Shown here one piece after another: positions 32,201 to 43,689 of a stretch of DNA of 64,000 bases. A model generated the notes under the pieces. The model had not been told where the DNA came from, did no database searches, and saw nothing but the letters and a program-made list of their open reading frames with translations. Position numbers and translations under genes: made by a program. Source of the stretch: Candidatus Latescibacterota bacterium (GTDB lineage: Bacteria > Latescibacterota > UBA2968 > GCA-2709665); contig OZ252100.1 of the NCBI GenBank assembly GCA_965248435.1, forward strand, positions 2,976,001 to 3,040,000, written 5' to 3'. Each line of letters begins with the position of its first letter. Within the stretch, counting starts at the first letter, position 1.

Positions 32201-34607
32201 AGTGGTGGCCTCCACCTCATCGAGCCTCACGATCGAGTGGGGTTCGGACGAGGTCAGCAACAGCCAGCTCAGTGCCGGGGCGTCTGAAGACGACTTCGAC
32301 ATTTCAGAGATTTCCAGCGATAACGTGACGACACACCGGGTTGTGCTCACCAAGCTGGCCGCCGGCACGACCTACGCTTATCAGGCCGGTTCCACGGATG
32401 CCTCCGGAAACGGGGTCACGTTGAGCAAGGTCGCCTTCGGCAGTACGCCGTCAGACATAGACATCTCGGCGCCCGTTATCTCAGTGGATGCGAGTGTCGT
32501 CTACAAGAATGACCGACAGGCCACGATCGGCTGGGAGACGAGCGAAGCCGCCGACGCAGAGGTCGCCTTCGGGACAACCGAGGAGAGCCTCGACCAGATA
32601 CGAAACGATCCCGACTTCAACACGGCCCATACGATCACGCTCACGAACCTGGACGCGGATCAGCTTTACTACTACCGTGTCTCCTCCAAGGACCAGAGCA
32701 ACAACGGTCCCGTGAGCAGTGATATCCTCTCGTTCCAGACCGACGCCGATCCCGACGTCACGTCGCCCGTCATCAGCAACGTCGTCGCCACCCCTGGGGA
32801 CAGCACGGCCACGATCACGTGGGACACCGACGAGGTCTCCGACAGCGCGGTGTTGTTCGGCACCGCGGGCGGATCTCTCGACTTCAACGTCGGGGACGCC
32901 TCGGACGTCACGAGCCACGTCCTCATCCTGACGAACCTGACGCCTGACACAGACTACTCCTTCCAGGTGGAATCGGTCGATCGTGCCGGGAACCCTCCTT
33001 CCGAAGGCACAGTCACTGCCTTTAAAACATTCGCAGCCGGTGCAGTTCCTGCGCCGGATCCCCCTGATCAGCCCACGGCGACAGAGGGAAGCGGAATCGT
33101 CAGCCTGGCGTGGGAGGCGAGTGCCTCTTCGGGCGTCGTCGGCTACATCGTGGAACGGGAAGCCGGAGACGGGAGCTTCAGTCCCATCGCCACCCTTGGC
33201 GTGGCCACGAGCTATGTGGACAACAATGTCGATAACGACGTGTCCTACAGCTACCAGATCCGCTCCCTCGCAGCCCAGCAGCTTTCGGGCGATCCCTCCC
33301 TTGCTTCGGACGTCGTGACTCCGGCGGTCGACAAGGGTCTGGATACCCCGACGCTTGCGCTGATCCAGGGTGACCCACTCAGCCCGACGATCGTGATCAA
33401 CAACAGCTCCGGAAGTGGATTGTCCTACACGTTCCACCTGGCCTCGTCCAGCGACTACTCGGATGCCCTTTCCCTCGAAGCCGGACTCTCGGCCGGGGCA
33501 GGCACCGGATCGGGCGATCCAGCCGGTGTGACCGCGTGGACCGTGGACAGGACCCTGGAGGACGGCACCACCTACTACTACCGGGTCAAGGCCGGCGACG
33601 GAACGTTCGAGAGTGCTTTCCTGGAGGGCCAGATTACCGTCGATGCGACTGCGGCCGAATTTCCCGGTGACCTGGACGGTGACTTTAAGGTCGGCTTCTT
33701 CGACTTTCTGGGCTTCGTGGGTGCCTTTGAGAAGTCTCCAGGCGACTCCGGATTCGACCTGGCCGCCGATCTGACCGGAGATGGTGCGGTCGGGTTCTTC
33801 GACTTTCTTGCCTTAATAGGGCTCTTTGACAAACAGTACGTCAAAGGTGAGAGCGGCACGAAACCGGTGGCCGTGGTAAAAACCTACGGCATAGACGTCG
33901 ACACCAAACTGCAGCTCGTCAGAAGGCCTTCATCCTCTGTGCAGGGTAAGGAGTTCATCGCCGACGTCACGGTTTCGAATACCCACAACTTGAAGGGGTA
34001 TGGGCTGACCGTGAAGTATGACCCGGATCACCTGAAGTTCATCTCGGCGACCGACGGCGGGCAGGGCATCCTCAAACAGGATGGGCGGCTCGCTGAGATC
34101 TTCGGAGTGCTCAGACACGTGCCGGAGACAGGCGAGATCCTCGTCGCCAGCGCGCTGACACAGGGCTCGCCCGTCGCAGGGGATGGGGTCGCGGCGCGGC
34201 TCCACTTCGAGATCCTGGATGGTAATCCCAGGGGAGGCCTGATCGAGATCGTGGAAGGCCTCCTGATCGACGGCAAGCTGGGAGTGAACGCCGCTCAGAA
34301 CCTTGGCGCCAGGCTCTCTCTCGTCCCGGACGAGTTCGCACTGGAGCCCAACTTCCCCAACCCCTTCAACCCCGAGACGACGATCCAGTATGCCGTCCCG
34401 GAGGCGGGTCGCGTCTCTATCCGCGTGTATAACATCCTCGGCCAGGAGGTCGCCACGCTCGTCGATGAGGACCACCTGGCTGGGTATTACGTCCTGCGCT
34501 GGGGCGGCCTGGATGCCCGGGACCGTCCGGTCGCGAGCGGGATCTACCTCACCCGGATGGTGGCGGAAAGCTTCCAGCAGATCCACAAGATGCTCCTGCT
34601 CAAGTAG
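29233..34607 (+). CDS. large secreted protein: many FN3/purple-acid-phosphatase N-terminal Ig domains, dockerin-like EF-hand pair, cohesin-like domain, T9SS/FlgD-Ig C-terminal domain; frameshifted at about 29375 and 30541
   Basis: GGAGG-ATG 29233 with signal peptide; repeated H.V.LT.L..GTTY.Y; DLDGDFKVGFFDFL/DLTGDGAVGFFDFL; NFPNPFNPET...VASGIY...KMLLLK. Confidence 0.8.
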
Positions 34608-34651
34608 CCCTGACTCGTTGAGCGACGAGACCTTCAAACAGAGCTGAACAC

Positions 34652-34685
34652 GTTAAGGCCGCCCGCGTGGCGGCCTTAACTGTTT
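34652..34685 (+). terminator. intrinsic terminator
   Basis: GTTAAGGCCGCC-5nt-GGCGGCCTTAAC perfect 12-bp stem followed by TGTTT. Confidence 0.75.
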
Positions 34686-34713
34686 GCAGTCAGCCTGCAA
34701 GCAGCCAAAGGAC

Positions 34714-34742
34714 TTGACTTCGGCCCGTTGGAAAATTAGATT
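34714..34742 (+). promoter_or_regulatory. sigma70-like promoter
   Basis: TTGACT-17nt-TAGATT upstream of the FG-GAP gene. Confidence 0.5.
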
Positions 34743-34854
34743 TGCACCCCGTTTTTCACGAACTGAACTGACAACCGGTTACCGAATGCCGCTTCCCAAT
34801 CCCCGTTTTTCAATCCTTCGTTCAGAGTATCGATCGGCATGCCCCACACACGGC

Positions 34855-37800
34855 ATGCGTCTGTTCCCTTCCGGAATCATCCTTCTGGCCCTCCTGCTGA
34901 GTCAGCCCATCACACCTTCCGCCCAGACCCTGAGCTCTGCTTCATTCGCACTTCCAGGCCTCTGGTCCAGCTCCACTTCGTGGGGTGACTACGATGGCGA
35001 CGGGGATCCAGACCTCGTCCTCACCGGCCTCACCGGTCCTGCCGACAACTGCGTCCCCATCGCCAGAGTCTACCGAAACGACAATGGTTCACTGACCGAC
35101 ATCGGTGCCGGTCTTGAAGGTGTATACCTGGGGGCAGCAGCCTGGGGAGATTACGACGGCGACGGAGACCTGGACCTCGCAGTCACCGGATTGACTTCTG
35201 AGGGCGAAGGAAGCCTTTCCCTCTATGAAAACGACCTGGGACAGTTCTCGGAAGACCTGGCCCAGTCTGATCTCACCCCGGTCCGCTACAGCGCGCTGGC
35301 GTGGGGGGATTACGACAATGATGGTGACCTGGATCTGGTCGTTTCGGGAATGACCGCCGCGGGGAACACGAGAACCAACCTCTACCGCAATCCTCGGACT
35401 GACCGGAGCCGGATCGGGAGTCCGCTCGGCGGTCGACCGCTCCTGGAGCTGGACAGCCCGAACAGTGCGCGTCTGATCAATCTGAATCAGGGCAGCCTGG
35501 CGTGGGGGGATTACGACAACGATGGCGACCTTGACCTGGCCCTTTCAGGCATCGGCACTGCCGGCACCCGGCAGACCGCACTGTTCCGCAACGATCCAGA
35601 CGGCAACCTGACGAGGGACGATCGAAACGATTCCGTCTCGCCCGTCTCTTCCGGCGATCTGGCCTGGGGCGACGTCGACAACGACGGGGACCTGGACCTG
35701 GCCGTATCCGGCTGGAGCAACGAATGGGAAGCCGTGCTGGAGATCTACACGAACTCGGCGGGCATCCTTCGTGAGGATGAATCCTTCAGTTCTACCCGGA
35801 TCATCGGATCCATCGCATGGGGCGACTACGACAACGACGGGGACCTTGACCTGGCCGCAACCGGGCAGACAAGCACGTCTGACCGATTCGCCTTTATCCT
35901 CAGAAACGATGCTTCCGGTACGCTCCTGGAAGACCCGGCCCAGGACCTGACTGGTGTTCGCGGGGGTGACCTCGCGTGGGTCGACGTCGACTCAGACGGA
36001 GACCTGGACCTGATCCTGTCCGGTGAAGATATCGATGGCCTCAGACAGACCTCGGTTTATACGAGTGGCGGAGCTGCCGTCGCCAACACCCCACCGAACC
36101 CTCCGACCCGTCTCGGGACACCGATCGTCACCGGCAGCGGGCTCTCACTCAACTGGAACGACGGCTCCGACGCACAGTCCTCCACGACGACCCTTACCTA
36201 TTCGCTCAGGATTGGAACCTCGTCTGGGAGTCACAACGTCTTCTCTGGGACATCTCCCACCGGCCCCGGCAACGTGGACGACAGCAAAACCGTCGAGCTT
36301 TCCATTCCGCTGGCGAGAGGCACGTACCACTGGGGGGTGCGGTCGGTGGACGGTGGCTTTTCGACCTCCGCCGAATCCCAGGAAGAGCTCTTTCTCGTCG
36401 AGGACCTCGTCAGTTCCCTGCAAAGCATCCGGCCTCTTCAGAATAGCGCAATCGCGTGGGGCGACTATGACAACGACGGCGACCCCGATCTGGTCATCGC
36501 GGGACGCGACATCGACGGCATCGCCCGCGCCCTGCTCTACCGCAACGACGCGGGTCGTCTCGTCGAGAACAGCCTGGTCGGTCTTCAGGGAGTACAGGAT
36601 GGGGACCTGGCCTGGGGAGACTTCGACAACGACGGGGACCTTGACCTCGCTCTGACAGGAGCGGACGCATCGGGCAACAGGAACACGCATCTGTACCGAA
36701 ACCGGCTGGAGATGAACGACTTCGCCCTGACCGCAGCCAGCAGGAGTGATCTGCCGCAGCTTGCCAGCAGCTCGGTCGCGTGGGGGGACCTCGATAACGA
36801 CGGTGACCTCGACCTGACGTTGATGGGTACTGGGAACAACGTAAGGGTGGCGGTGACCTACACGAATGATGACAGCGATTTTGTGGAGGCCCAGACGATC
36901 CAGCCCGTGGACAACGGTGACCTGGCCTGGGGGGATGTAGACAACGATGAAGACCTAGATCTTGTTACAATCGGGCAGATCGACAACCAGGGCGGGGCCA
37001 ACCTGGTGCTTTATCGAAACGACTCGCAGGGCGCCCTGACGGCCGACACCCAGTCCTCCCTCCTTGGATTGCTGGCCAGCAGCCTGGCTTTGGGCGACTA
37101 CGATAACGACGGCGACCTCGATCTGGCCGTCTGCGGGTTCAACTTCATCGAGGGCTTTAAAACGACGCTCTACAGGAATGACGGCACGGGCCAGTTCAGC
37201 GATTCCGGGCTCCAGTTTACGGGCGTCGCGGCGGGGAATCTCGCCTGGGGGGACTTTGACAATGACGGCGACCTGGATCTTGTCGTTGTCGGCGTAGACG
37301 CCCAAAGTACCGAGCGAGCCCTCGTCTACCGAAACGAAGGAACGGAGTTTGATGAGATCTCGATCGACATCCTTGCCGGCATCGCCTTTGCGACCGTGGC
37401 GTGGGGCGACCTGGACCTGGACGGCGACCTGGACCTCGCGTCGAGTGGTCGCACCAGCCTGGATCCGTCCACCGTCATTCCGATATCCCGAATCAACGAC
37501 AACCTTGAATCTCGGTTCAACCCGAACCGAAGCCCGTCTGCTCCAACCGGCCTGACCGCTTCGCCACAGGGAAGCGGTGTCACGTTGGGCTGGTCCGGAG
37601 GGTCTGACCTCGGGTTCGACGTTACGCCCGATGAAGCGCTGACCTACATCCTCAGGGTCGGCACCGAGGCAGGGGGGAACGAAACCGCGTCAGGCGCGGC
37701 GCCCGCCGGAATCGGTCGGATTCTCGACCCTGTCACCAACCTTGAAAACCTTGAAAGCGGACGCTACTTCTGGGCCGTGCGATCGGTCGACAACGGATTC

Positions 37801-38889
37801 GCCAGGTCGGAATGGTCTGGGGAAGAGAGCTTTATCATCGACACCGTCAGTCCGGTCGTGGACAGCGTTCGAATCAGACCCAGGGTGATCCGGGCCGGGA
37901 GGCGGGCCACCGTGGTGATCAGTTTCACCGACGAGCCGGCAGGAATGGACAATGCCGTCTCCCCGGCCGTCTCGCTGACCATTTCTGGTGGAGAGCGACC
38001 CCTTCCCGTCAACCAGGTCAGTTTCAACGGCGACCTCTGGCTCGGTGAGGTCGAAATCGTAACCCCCACCGCCGGCGGATCGGTTGTCGTGAACGTCCGG
38101 GGAGCGCAGGACCTGAACGGCAATCAGATGGCGCCTGTCGAGGAACTTATCGCTGCCCGATTTGCTCCGGGCGCCGGTGGTATTGTAGAAAGTCAGGATG
38201 GCCTCGTGTCGCTCACCGTCTCGCCCAGTGTACTGCCTGAGACGCTTACAGAGAGTCCAGACGTCAAGATCCTTCCGCAGGCGGTCGATACTCCCCCCTC
38301 GGGAACGAGTGCGGTCGGCCAGGCCTATGAAATGATTGCAGATCCCCAATTCGAATTTCGAAAGGCAGCCACGCTCGCGATAGGCTATGCAGGTCAGAGC
38401 GTAGACGAAAACCGGCTCGCCATCTATCAGCTCGTTGGGTCCAGTTGGGAAAGAATCGGAGGTACAGTACAACAGGAACTCGATCAGGTCCGCGTCCCGG
38501 TCGAGCAGTTCGGCACCTATGCGCTCTTCGAAGAAACAGGGACCACGGGTGGATCCGCTTCAATCACGAACGTGGAATTCAGCAACCGGGCCTTCACGCC
38601 GCTTGGGGGGCTTCGCGCCCTCCGCCCCGGGAGCAGACCTTTGCTGGGCAGGACGGATATTTCTTTCAACCTCGGCGCTCCCGCCACGGTGCGGATCGAA
38701 ATCTACAACCGATCCGGCCAGCTCCAGCGCGTCCTGGTGTCAGGTCGCGAGATGGGGTCTGGTCGGCAGGTGGTCACCTGGAACGGCCAGGACCACGATG
38801 ATCGCACGGTGCGCAGCGGGCTCTATATCGTCCTGATCGACGCGAACGGCGCGAAGGCCCACAAGACGGTCGCCGTCGTCAACAACTAG
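34855..38889 (+). CDS. secreted FG-GAP/VCBS double beta-propeller protein with FN3 and FlgD-Ig C-terminal domain
   Basis: About 14 WGDYDNDGDLDL repeats in two blocks, FN3 segments, VTWNGQD...SGLY tail; signal peptide after ATG 34855. Confidence 0.9.
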   Translation: MRLFPSGIILLALLLSQPITPSAQTLSSASFALPGLWSSSTSWGDYDGDGDPDLVLTGLTGPADNCVPIARVYRNDNGSLTDIGAGLEGVYLGAAAWGDYDGDGDLDLAVTGLTSEGEGSLSLYENDLGQFSEDLAQSDLTPVRYSALAWGDYDNDGDLDLVVSGMTAAGNTRTNLYRNPRTDRSRIGSPLGGRPLLELDSPNSARLINLNQGSLAWGDYDNDGDLDLALSGIGTAGTRQTALFRNDPDGNLTRDDRNDSVSPVSSGDLAWGDVDNDGDLDLAVSGWSNEWEAVLEIYTNSAGILREDESFSSTRIIGSIAWGDYDNDGDLDLAATGQTSTSDRFAFILRNDASGTLLEDPAQDLTGVRGGDLAWVDVDSDGDLDLILSGEDIDGLRQTSVYTSGGAAVANTPPNPPTRLGTPIVTGSGLSLNWNDGSDAQSSTTTLTYSLRIGTSSGSHNVFSGTSPTGPGNVDDSKTVELSIPLARGTYHWGVRSVDGGFSTSAESQEELFLVEDLVSSLQSIRPLQNSAIAWGDYDNDGDPDLVIAGRDIDGIARALLYRNDAGRLVENSLVGLQGVQDGDLAWGDFDNDGDLDLALTGADASGNRNTHLYRNRLEMNDFALTAASRSDLPQLASSSVAWGDLDNDGDLDLTLMGTGNNVRVAVTYTNDDSDFVEAQTIQPVDNGDLAWGDVDNDEDLDLVTIGQIDNQGGANLVLYRNDSQGALTADTQSSLLGLLASSLALGDYDNDGDLDLAVCGFNFIEGFKTTLYRNDGTGQFSDSGLQFTGVAAGNLAWGDFDNDGDLDLVVVGVDAQSTERALVYRNEGTEFDEISIDILAGIAFATVAWGDLDLDGDLDLASSGRTSLDPSTVIPISRINDNLESRFNPNRSPSAPTGLTASPQGSGVTLGWSGGSDLGFDVTPDEALTYILRVGTEAGGNETASGAAPAGIGRILDPVTNLENLESGRYFWAVRSVDNGFARSEWSGEESFIIDTVSPVVDSVRIRPRVIRAGRRATVVISFTDEPAGMDNAVSPAVSLTISGGERPLPVNQVSFNGDLWLGEVEIVTPTAGGSVVVNVRGAQDLNGNQMAPVEELIAARFAPGAGGIVESQDGLVSLTVSPSVLPETLTESPDVKILPQAVDTPPSGTSAVGQAYEMIADPQFEFRKAATLAIGYAGQSVDENRLAIYQLVGSSWERIGGTVQQELDQVRVPVEQFGTYALFEETGTTGGSASITNVEFSNRAFTPLGGLRALRPGSRPLLGRTDISFNLGAPATVRIEIYNRSGQLQRVLVSGREMGSGRQVVTWNGQDHDDRTVRSGLYIVLIDANGAKAHKTVAVVNN

Positions 38890-38893
38890 TGCT

Positions 38894-40345
38894 ATGAAAC
38901 GAACACTCCTTACATTCTTTCTGATCCTGTTCAGCGTGCCCGTTGCGGCACAGCTCAGCTTTACCGATGCGACAAACGAGACGGGCGTCGCAAACTCGCT
39001 GGGCAGCCAGCAACGTCTGGCCACGAACCTGGCGTGGGGTGACTACGATGGGGACGGCGACCTGGACCTCTACGTCACCAATTGGGGTGCGGCCGTCAAT
39101 CCAAACTATTCTATCAACCGGCTCTACAGAAACAACGGAAGTGGGTCATTCTCAGACGTAGGCCAGTCCGTCGGAGTGGCCGACAATCGCAACAGCCTGT
39201 CTGGGATCTGGGGGGACTACGACAACGACGGCGATCTCGACCTCTATGTGGTTAACGTCACCGAGCAGGACCAGCTCTACCGAAACGACGGCGGCACCTT
39301 TTCACGAGTTACCGGAAGTGCGGGCCTCAACGTAATCTCTCAGGGCAACGAGATCGCGGCCGCCTGGGGGGATTACGACAACGACGGCGACCTCGACCTC
39401 TACCTCTGTAAATACTACTTCCAGAACTCCTTCTACCACAACAACGGAAACGGTACTTTCTCGGAAGTCGCCGCATCGTCTGGAATCGCGGACGTACGAG
39501 ACAGCGAAGACGCCGCGTGGGGCGACTACGACGACGACGGCGACCTGGACCTTTACGTGGTCAACCGGGAACAGAACAACGCGCTCTATCGAAACGGTGG
39601 CAACGGGAGCTTCACCGAGGTCGCCTGCGCCCTTACGTTGGACGATACGGATGTCGGTCGAAGTGCGCGCTGGATCGACTTCGACAACGACGGAGATCTG
39701 GACCTTTCCCTTTCCAACATCGGAGCCAACGCCCTCTACCGGAATGACGGGAACGATCAGTTCGTCAACGTCGCGACGGGCGATCTGAGATCTTTGTCAA
39801 ATTCTTGGATCAGTTGGGCGAGTGCCTGGGGCGATTTCGATGCGGACGGCCTTCTGGATCTCCTCGTGGCCAACGGCGGCGAATCCAGGTCTGGGCAGGT
39901 GAGCCCAGTCTTGCGTTCTGTCAATGTGGGAAGTTTCTCAGATGTCACGGCTTCGTCTGGTCTCAGTACGGATGGATCGAGCGCGACATCGGCCGGTCGC
40001 GGCGACGCTGACGGCGACGGCGACGTGGACCTCTATCTGGTGAACGGTCGACTCAATGTGGAAGCGAACGTGCTCTACCTCAATGAAACATCAGCCGTGA
40101 ATACGATCACGGTCCGCGCGCGACGCAAGGGGGCGGCGGACGGAATCGGCGCTCGGATCAGTCTGCTCCAAGGCAGCCAGATCGCGGGACATCGCCAGAT
40201 CGCCTCTGGTCCGGACGCCATGGAGGCGGTCTTCGGGGTCCAGGACGGACTGACCTACACCGTCGAGGTGACCTTCGCGGATGGGTCCACAGCCTCCCAG
40301 GGCAATCTGACTGCGGGTGCTGTGGTCGAAATCGAACAACCCTGA
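38894..40345 (+). CDS. FG-GAP repeat protein, CRTAC1/ASPIC-UnbV-like
   Basis: Signal peptide, seven GDYDNDGDLDLY repeats, GIGARI C-terminal domain. Confidence 0.88.
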   Translation: MKRTLLTFFLILFSVPVAAQLSFTDATNETGVANSLGSQQRLATNLAWGDYDGDGDLDLYVTNWGAAVNPNYSINRLYRNNGSGSFSDVGQSVGVADNRNSLSGIWGDYDNDGDLDLYVVNVTEQDQLYRNDGGTFSRVTGSAGLNVISQGNEIAAAWGDYDNDGDLDLYLCKYYFQNSFYHNNGNGTFSEVAASSGIADVRDSEDAAWGDYDDDGDLDLYVVNREQNNALYRNGGNGSFTEVACALTLDDTDVGRSARWIDFDNDGDLDLSLSNIGANALYRNDGNDQFVNVATGDLRSLSNSWISWASAWGDFDADGLLDLLVANGGESRSGQVSPVLRSVNVGSFSDVTASSGLSTDGSSATSAGRGDADGDGDVDLYLVNGRLNVEANVLYLNETSAVNTITVRARRKGAADGIGARISLLQGSQIAGHRQIASGPDAMEAVFGVQDGLTYTVEVTFADGSTASQGNLTAGAVVEIEQP

Positions 40346-40347
40346 CC

Positions 40348-41742
40348 ATGGATCATAAACCGACACGACACATCTTTGCACTCCTGGGCGCGATCGCTCT
40401 GTTCCTTTGGAATCCGGCATCCGCCGAGGAGCGACCACAGGTCGCGAGGACCGCCCGCATGGTCGGACTGGGTGGCTCGCTGACCGGGATCGCGGACGAC
40501 GCCGCTGCGACCTTCTGGAATCCCTCGGGAATTTCCACACTCCAGAGGCAGGAGATCGTCTTTTCCTACGCAGACCGTTATGGACTGGGACTTCAGAACA
40601 GCGAAGTCGGCTACGTCTTTCCGATGTTCGAAACCCACGCCGTGGGCCTCAACTGGACGCGCGAGGGATTCAGCGACGACGAACTCAAAGACGACCTTCA
40701 GGTGTTCAACGTCGCCTACGCCCTCCAGCTGCACCGTTCGATTTCCCTGGGGTTAGGAGGAAAATTCGTCCTCCAGAGCATCGATCTGGACGGCGAGTCG
40801 CTTCGAAGCGCCAGCGGCGACAACACGCAGTTCGAAGAGGAGATCTTCCCGCAGAACCTCCGGGTCGGAACGGCGATCCAACCCCACGAATCGCTCACGA
40901 TCGCACTCGACGTCGACGACCGGATTCACGGAGGACTGGAGTACCAACCCTTGTCTGCGCTGCTGCTGCGGGGCGGCCTACACCGACAGCTGTCTCCCCC
41001 CGACGGCGCTTCCAAGACGTTGAACTACGCCCTCGGATTGGGGGTTCAATGGAACAACATCAAAGTCGACTATGCCTACGACCATCACCCTGTGCTGCCG
41101 GCCACTCACCACGCGTCCGTCTCGATGTCCTACAACCCGTCCCTCGTCACTGTCAAGGACGCGTTGATCCGGCCGTCTCCCGTTTTCAAGTCCCTCTACC
41201 GCACCTATGAGGAGAGTGATTTTGTGGACGTGGTCCTCCGCAACGCCTCCCAGGACGCACTGCCCGTCACGATCAGCATCGACATCCCCACGGTGACGAA
41301 GACGCCGCACGAAGAGAGCGTGACCATTCCCCCACAAAGCACTCAGCGATATGGATTTACGCTCACGTTTCCGAATGACCTTTTGGCCACTCAATCCTCC
41401 TACTACGACAACCTGGTTCAACCCACGGTCAAAGTGACCTACACCAAAGGTCGGAAAAGTAAGACCGCGACGAAACGCATCAGCAGCGTCTACGTCCTGG
41501 GAAAGGGCAAACTCAGCTGGTCCAATCCGGCAAGGATCGGCGCCTTCATTACCAGCGAGAGCCGAACAGTAGACACCTTCGCCCGTGGTGTCGTCGGGAA
41601 CTATATCGACTTGCTTCAGAAGAAGTTTCCACGCAACAACATCGGAAAGGCCGCAGTCGTCTTCGACGCCCTCAGCGCCTACGGGCTCCGATACCAGCAG
41701 GATCGGGGGGCCAAGCTATACCCACAATTCTCCGGGGCCTAG
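40348..41742 (+). pseudogene. PorV/PorQ-like outer-membrane beta-barrel fusion, truncated at about 41700 and probably internally deleted near 40817
   Basis: ARMVGLGG...ADDAAATFWNPSG and VDYAY motifs; ends at YGLRYQQD where foreign sequence begins. Confidence 0.65.
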
Positions 41743-42060
41743 TTTTTCTTGGCCTATAACTTGATTTTCGGGCGTATTCGCTTAAAATCCTGGGGCGGAG
41801 AGCAACTGGGGATTGCAGTTTCATCTCTTTAAGGGTTGGGCTGATGGCAGCGGTGGGAAACTTAGCTATGATGCTATTCGACAAGCTTTGCATCATAATC
41901 TGGATCATGTGCGATGACTAAACCAACCGCAGGATGGATCAACCGGTGGACGCAACTTTTCAGGAGGAGAACCCGGGCTATCCGCCAGAAGGTGGAGGAT
42001 CTGGAAAACCACACCGTAGGCATTTTCAAACGCGAGCCTCCGGGAAAGGAGTAGTCAATC

Positions 42061-43020
42061 ATGGGATGGGATGGTAATGGAAACGTAGTTCGTAGGGACG
42101 GCACGAGAACGGGAAGCTCTGTCTTCGAGCTGGCGAGAGAAGCGGATGTCCTTGTTAATGCTCCTGATCACGACACGCACGACAATGAGATTGCCACCGC
42201 CATTGAAAACTGTGTTGCTCGGGATGGACAGAACCAGCCTACCCTTAACCTCCCAATGGGGGGGAAAAAACATACGGGAGTAGGCGATGCTGTCAGCGAG
42301 AGCGATTATGCCGCATACGGGCAGCTTCTCGCTCTCGTGTCTCCGTTTGTGTCCGCTGCAAACATAGGCGGCACCGGCGATGCTGTTACGCTGACTCCGC
42401 CGATCGCGGCGACTTCGTATGTGACTGGCAAGGGCTTTTCGTTCTTCTCCGAGCTTGCGAATACGGGCGCAATAACAGTGACGGTCTCGAACCTTGCGGC
42501 CGTGAGCGTCAAGCGCGCGGACGGAACCGACTTTGACAATGGAGATATCAAAGCGGGGCGGTATGTACGCATTATCTACAATGGTGCGAACTTCCACTCC
42601 AATATCCCGCCTCCAGTTCCGGATGTAACGGATTTCGCTCCCTTCGATTTGGACGAGGATGTCACGAGAGCGATCACCAGCCTGTCCGATGCTGACGGGT
42701 TTGTGGTGGCCGATAAGTCTACGACGGGTTTCCCGAACCGAGTCATCCAGGCGCAGGACATCGCAGACTACATGCAGGTGGAGGTGGATCTGGACGCGGA
42801 CCGGGTAACGGGCGGCACGTTAAATGTGAACCGTATCCCGAATATCCCGGCCAGCAAGACCTCTTCGGGGACGTTCAACGTCCTGCGTATCCCGAACTTG
42901 GCTGCATCCAAGATAACGTCAGGGATTTTCAATGTAAATCGTGTCGCATCCGTGCTCACGCAAACCGCGTACAACGCTCTGACGCCGGACGCGAACACAC
43001 TCTACTTGATAACCGGGTAG
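42061..43020 (+). CDS. phage tail fibre protein
   Basis: N-terminus MGWDGNG...IENCVARDGQ...NLPMGGKKHTG; RIPNL/IPASKITSG repeats; C-terminal LTQTAYNALTPDANTLYLI. Confidence 0.75.
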   Translation: MGWDGNGNVVRRDGTRTGSSVFELAREADVLVNAPDHDTHDNEIATAIENCVARDGQNQPTLNLPMGGKKHTGVGDAVSESDYAAYGQLLALVSPFVSAANIGGTGDAVTLTPPIAATSYVTGKGFSFFSELANTGAITVTVSNLAAVSVKRADGTDFDNGDIKAGRYVRIIYNGANFHSNIPPPVPDVTDFAPFDLDEDVTRAITSLSDADGFVVADKSTTGFPNRVIQAQDIADYMQVEVDLDADRVTGGTLNVNRIPNIPASKTSSGTFNVLRIPNLAASKITSGIFNVNRVASVLTQTAYNALTPDANTLYLITG

Positions 43021-43023
43021 TCT

Positions 43024-43303
43024 ATGGCCTGGCGCTTATTTGTATGCGACAACGTTGGTGACGAGCTTTGGGAGTTAGACCCCGATGGTTCAGATACGGA
43101 AGGGACTTTGTTACGTTCTCTACCGAGCGCTCTAACTAGTCCGGAGGGAATGACGGTTTTTGATGGGAATCGTTTGCTTGTATGTGACAACATCGGTGAC
43201 GACCTTTGGGAGTTAGACCCCGATGGTTCAGATACGGAAGGAACGAGGTTGCGCGCCTTGCCGACTGGGGCAGGGTTAGGCAGTGCGAACGGCATGACGG
43301 TTT
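43024..43303 (+). pseudogene. tandem 46-aa repeat (propeller-blade) phage protein truncated by IS3
   Basis: Two CDN.GD.LWELDPDGSDTEGT units with 138-bp period; cut at IS left end. Confidence 0.65.
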
Positions 43304-43368
43304 TGACCTGACCCCCTGGATTGTTCCCATTCCTAGAGTTAGGATATGGGTAACCAGAAAGGGGTCAT

Positions 43369-43648
43369 TATGGCCAGAAAGCGTTATACCGCAGAGCAGA
43401 TCATCGGGCACCTCCGGCAAGCGGAGATCCTCATCTCCGAGGGCAAGACCATCGGTGAGGCTGCGCGCCATCTCGGCATCAGCGAGCAGACCTACTACCG
43501 TTGGCGCCGTGAATACGGCGGAATGGAAGTCGATCAAGCCCGGCGCCTGAAAGAGCTCGATCAGGAAAACCAACGGTTGAAGAGGCTGGTCGCCGACCAG
43601 GCTCTGGACATCTCGATCCTGAAGGAAGCCTCCCGGGGAAACTTCTAA
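43369..43648 (+). CDS. IS3 transposase OrfA
   Basis: RKRYTAEQI...GISEQTYYRWRREYGG HTH; GGGAAAC slippery heptamer at 43636-43642. Confidence 0.9.
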
Positions 43649-43689
43649 GCCCGACGCGTCGGCGTCAGACGGTCGGGCACGTCTGTGAG

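Noticed and set aside
34975-40040. Recurrent TGGGGNGACTACGACAACGACGG DNA repeats
   Set aside because: Fully explained by coding FG-GAP repeats.
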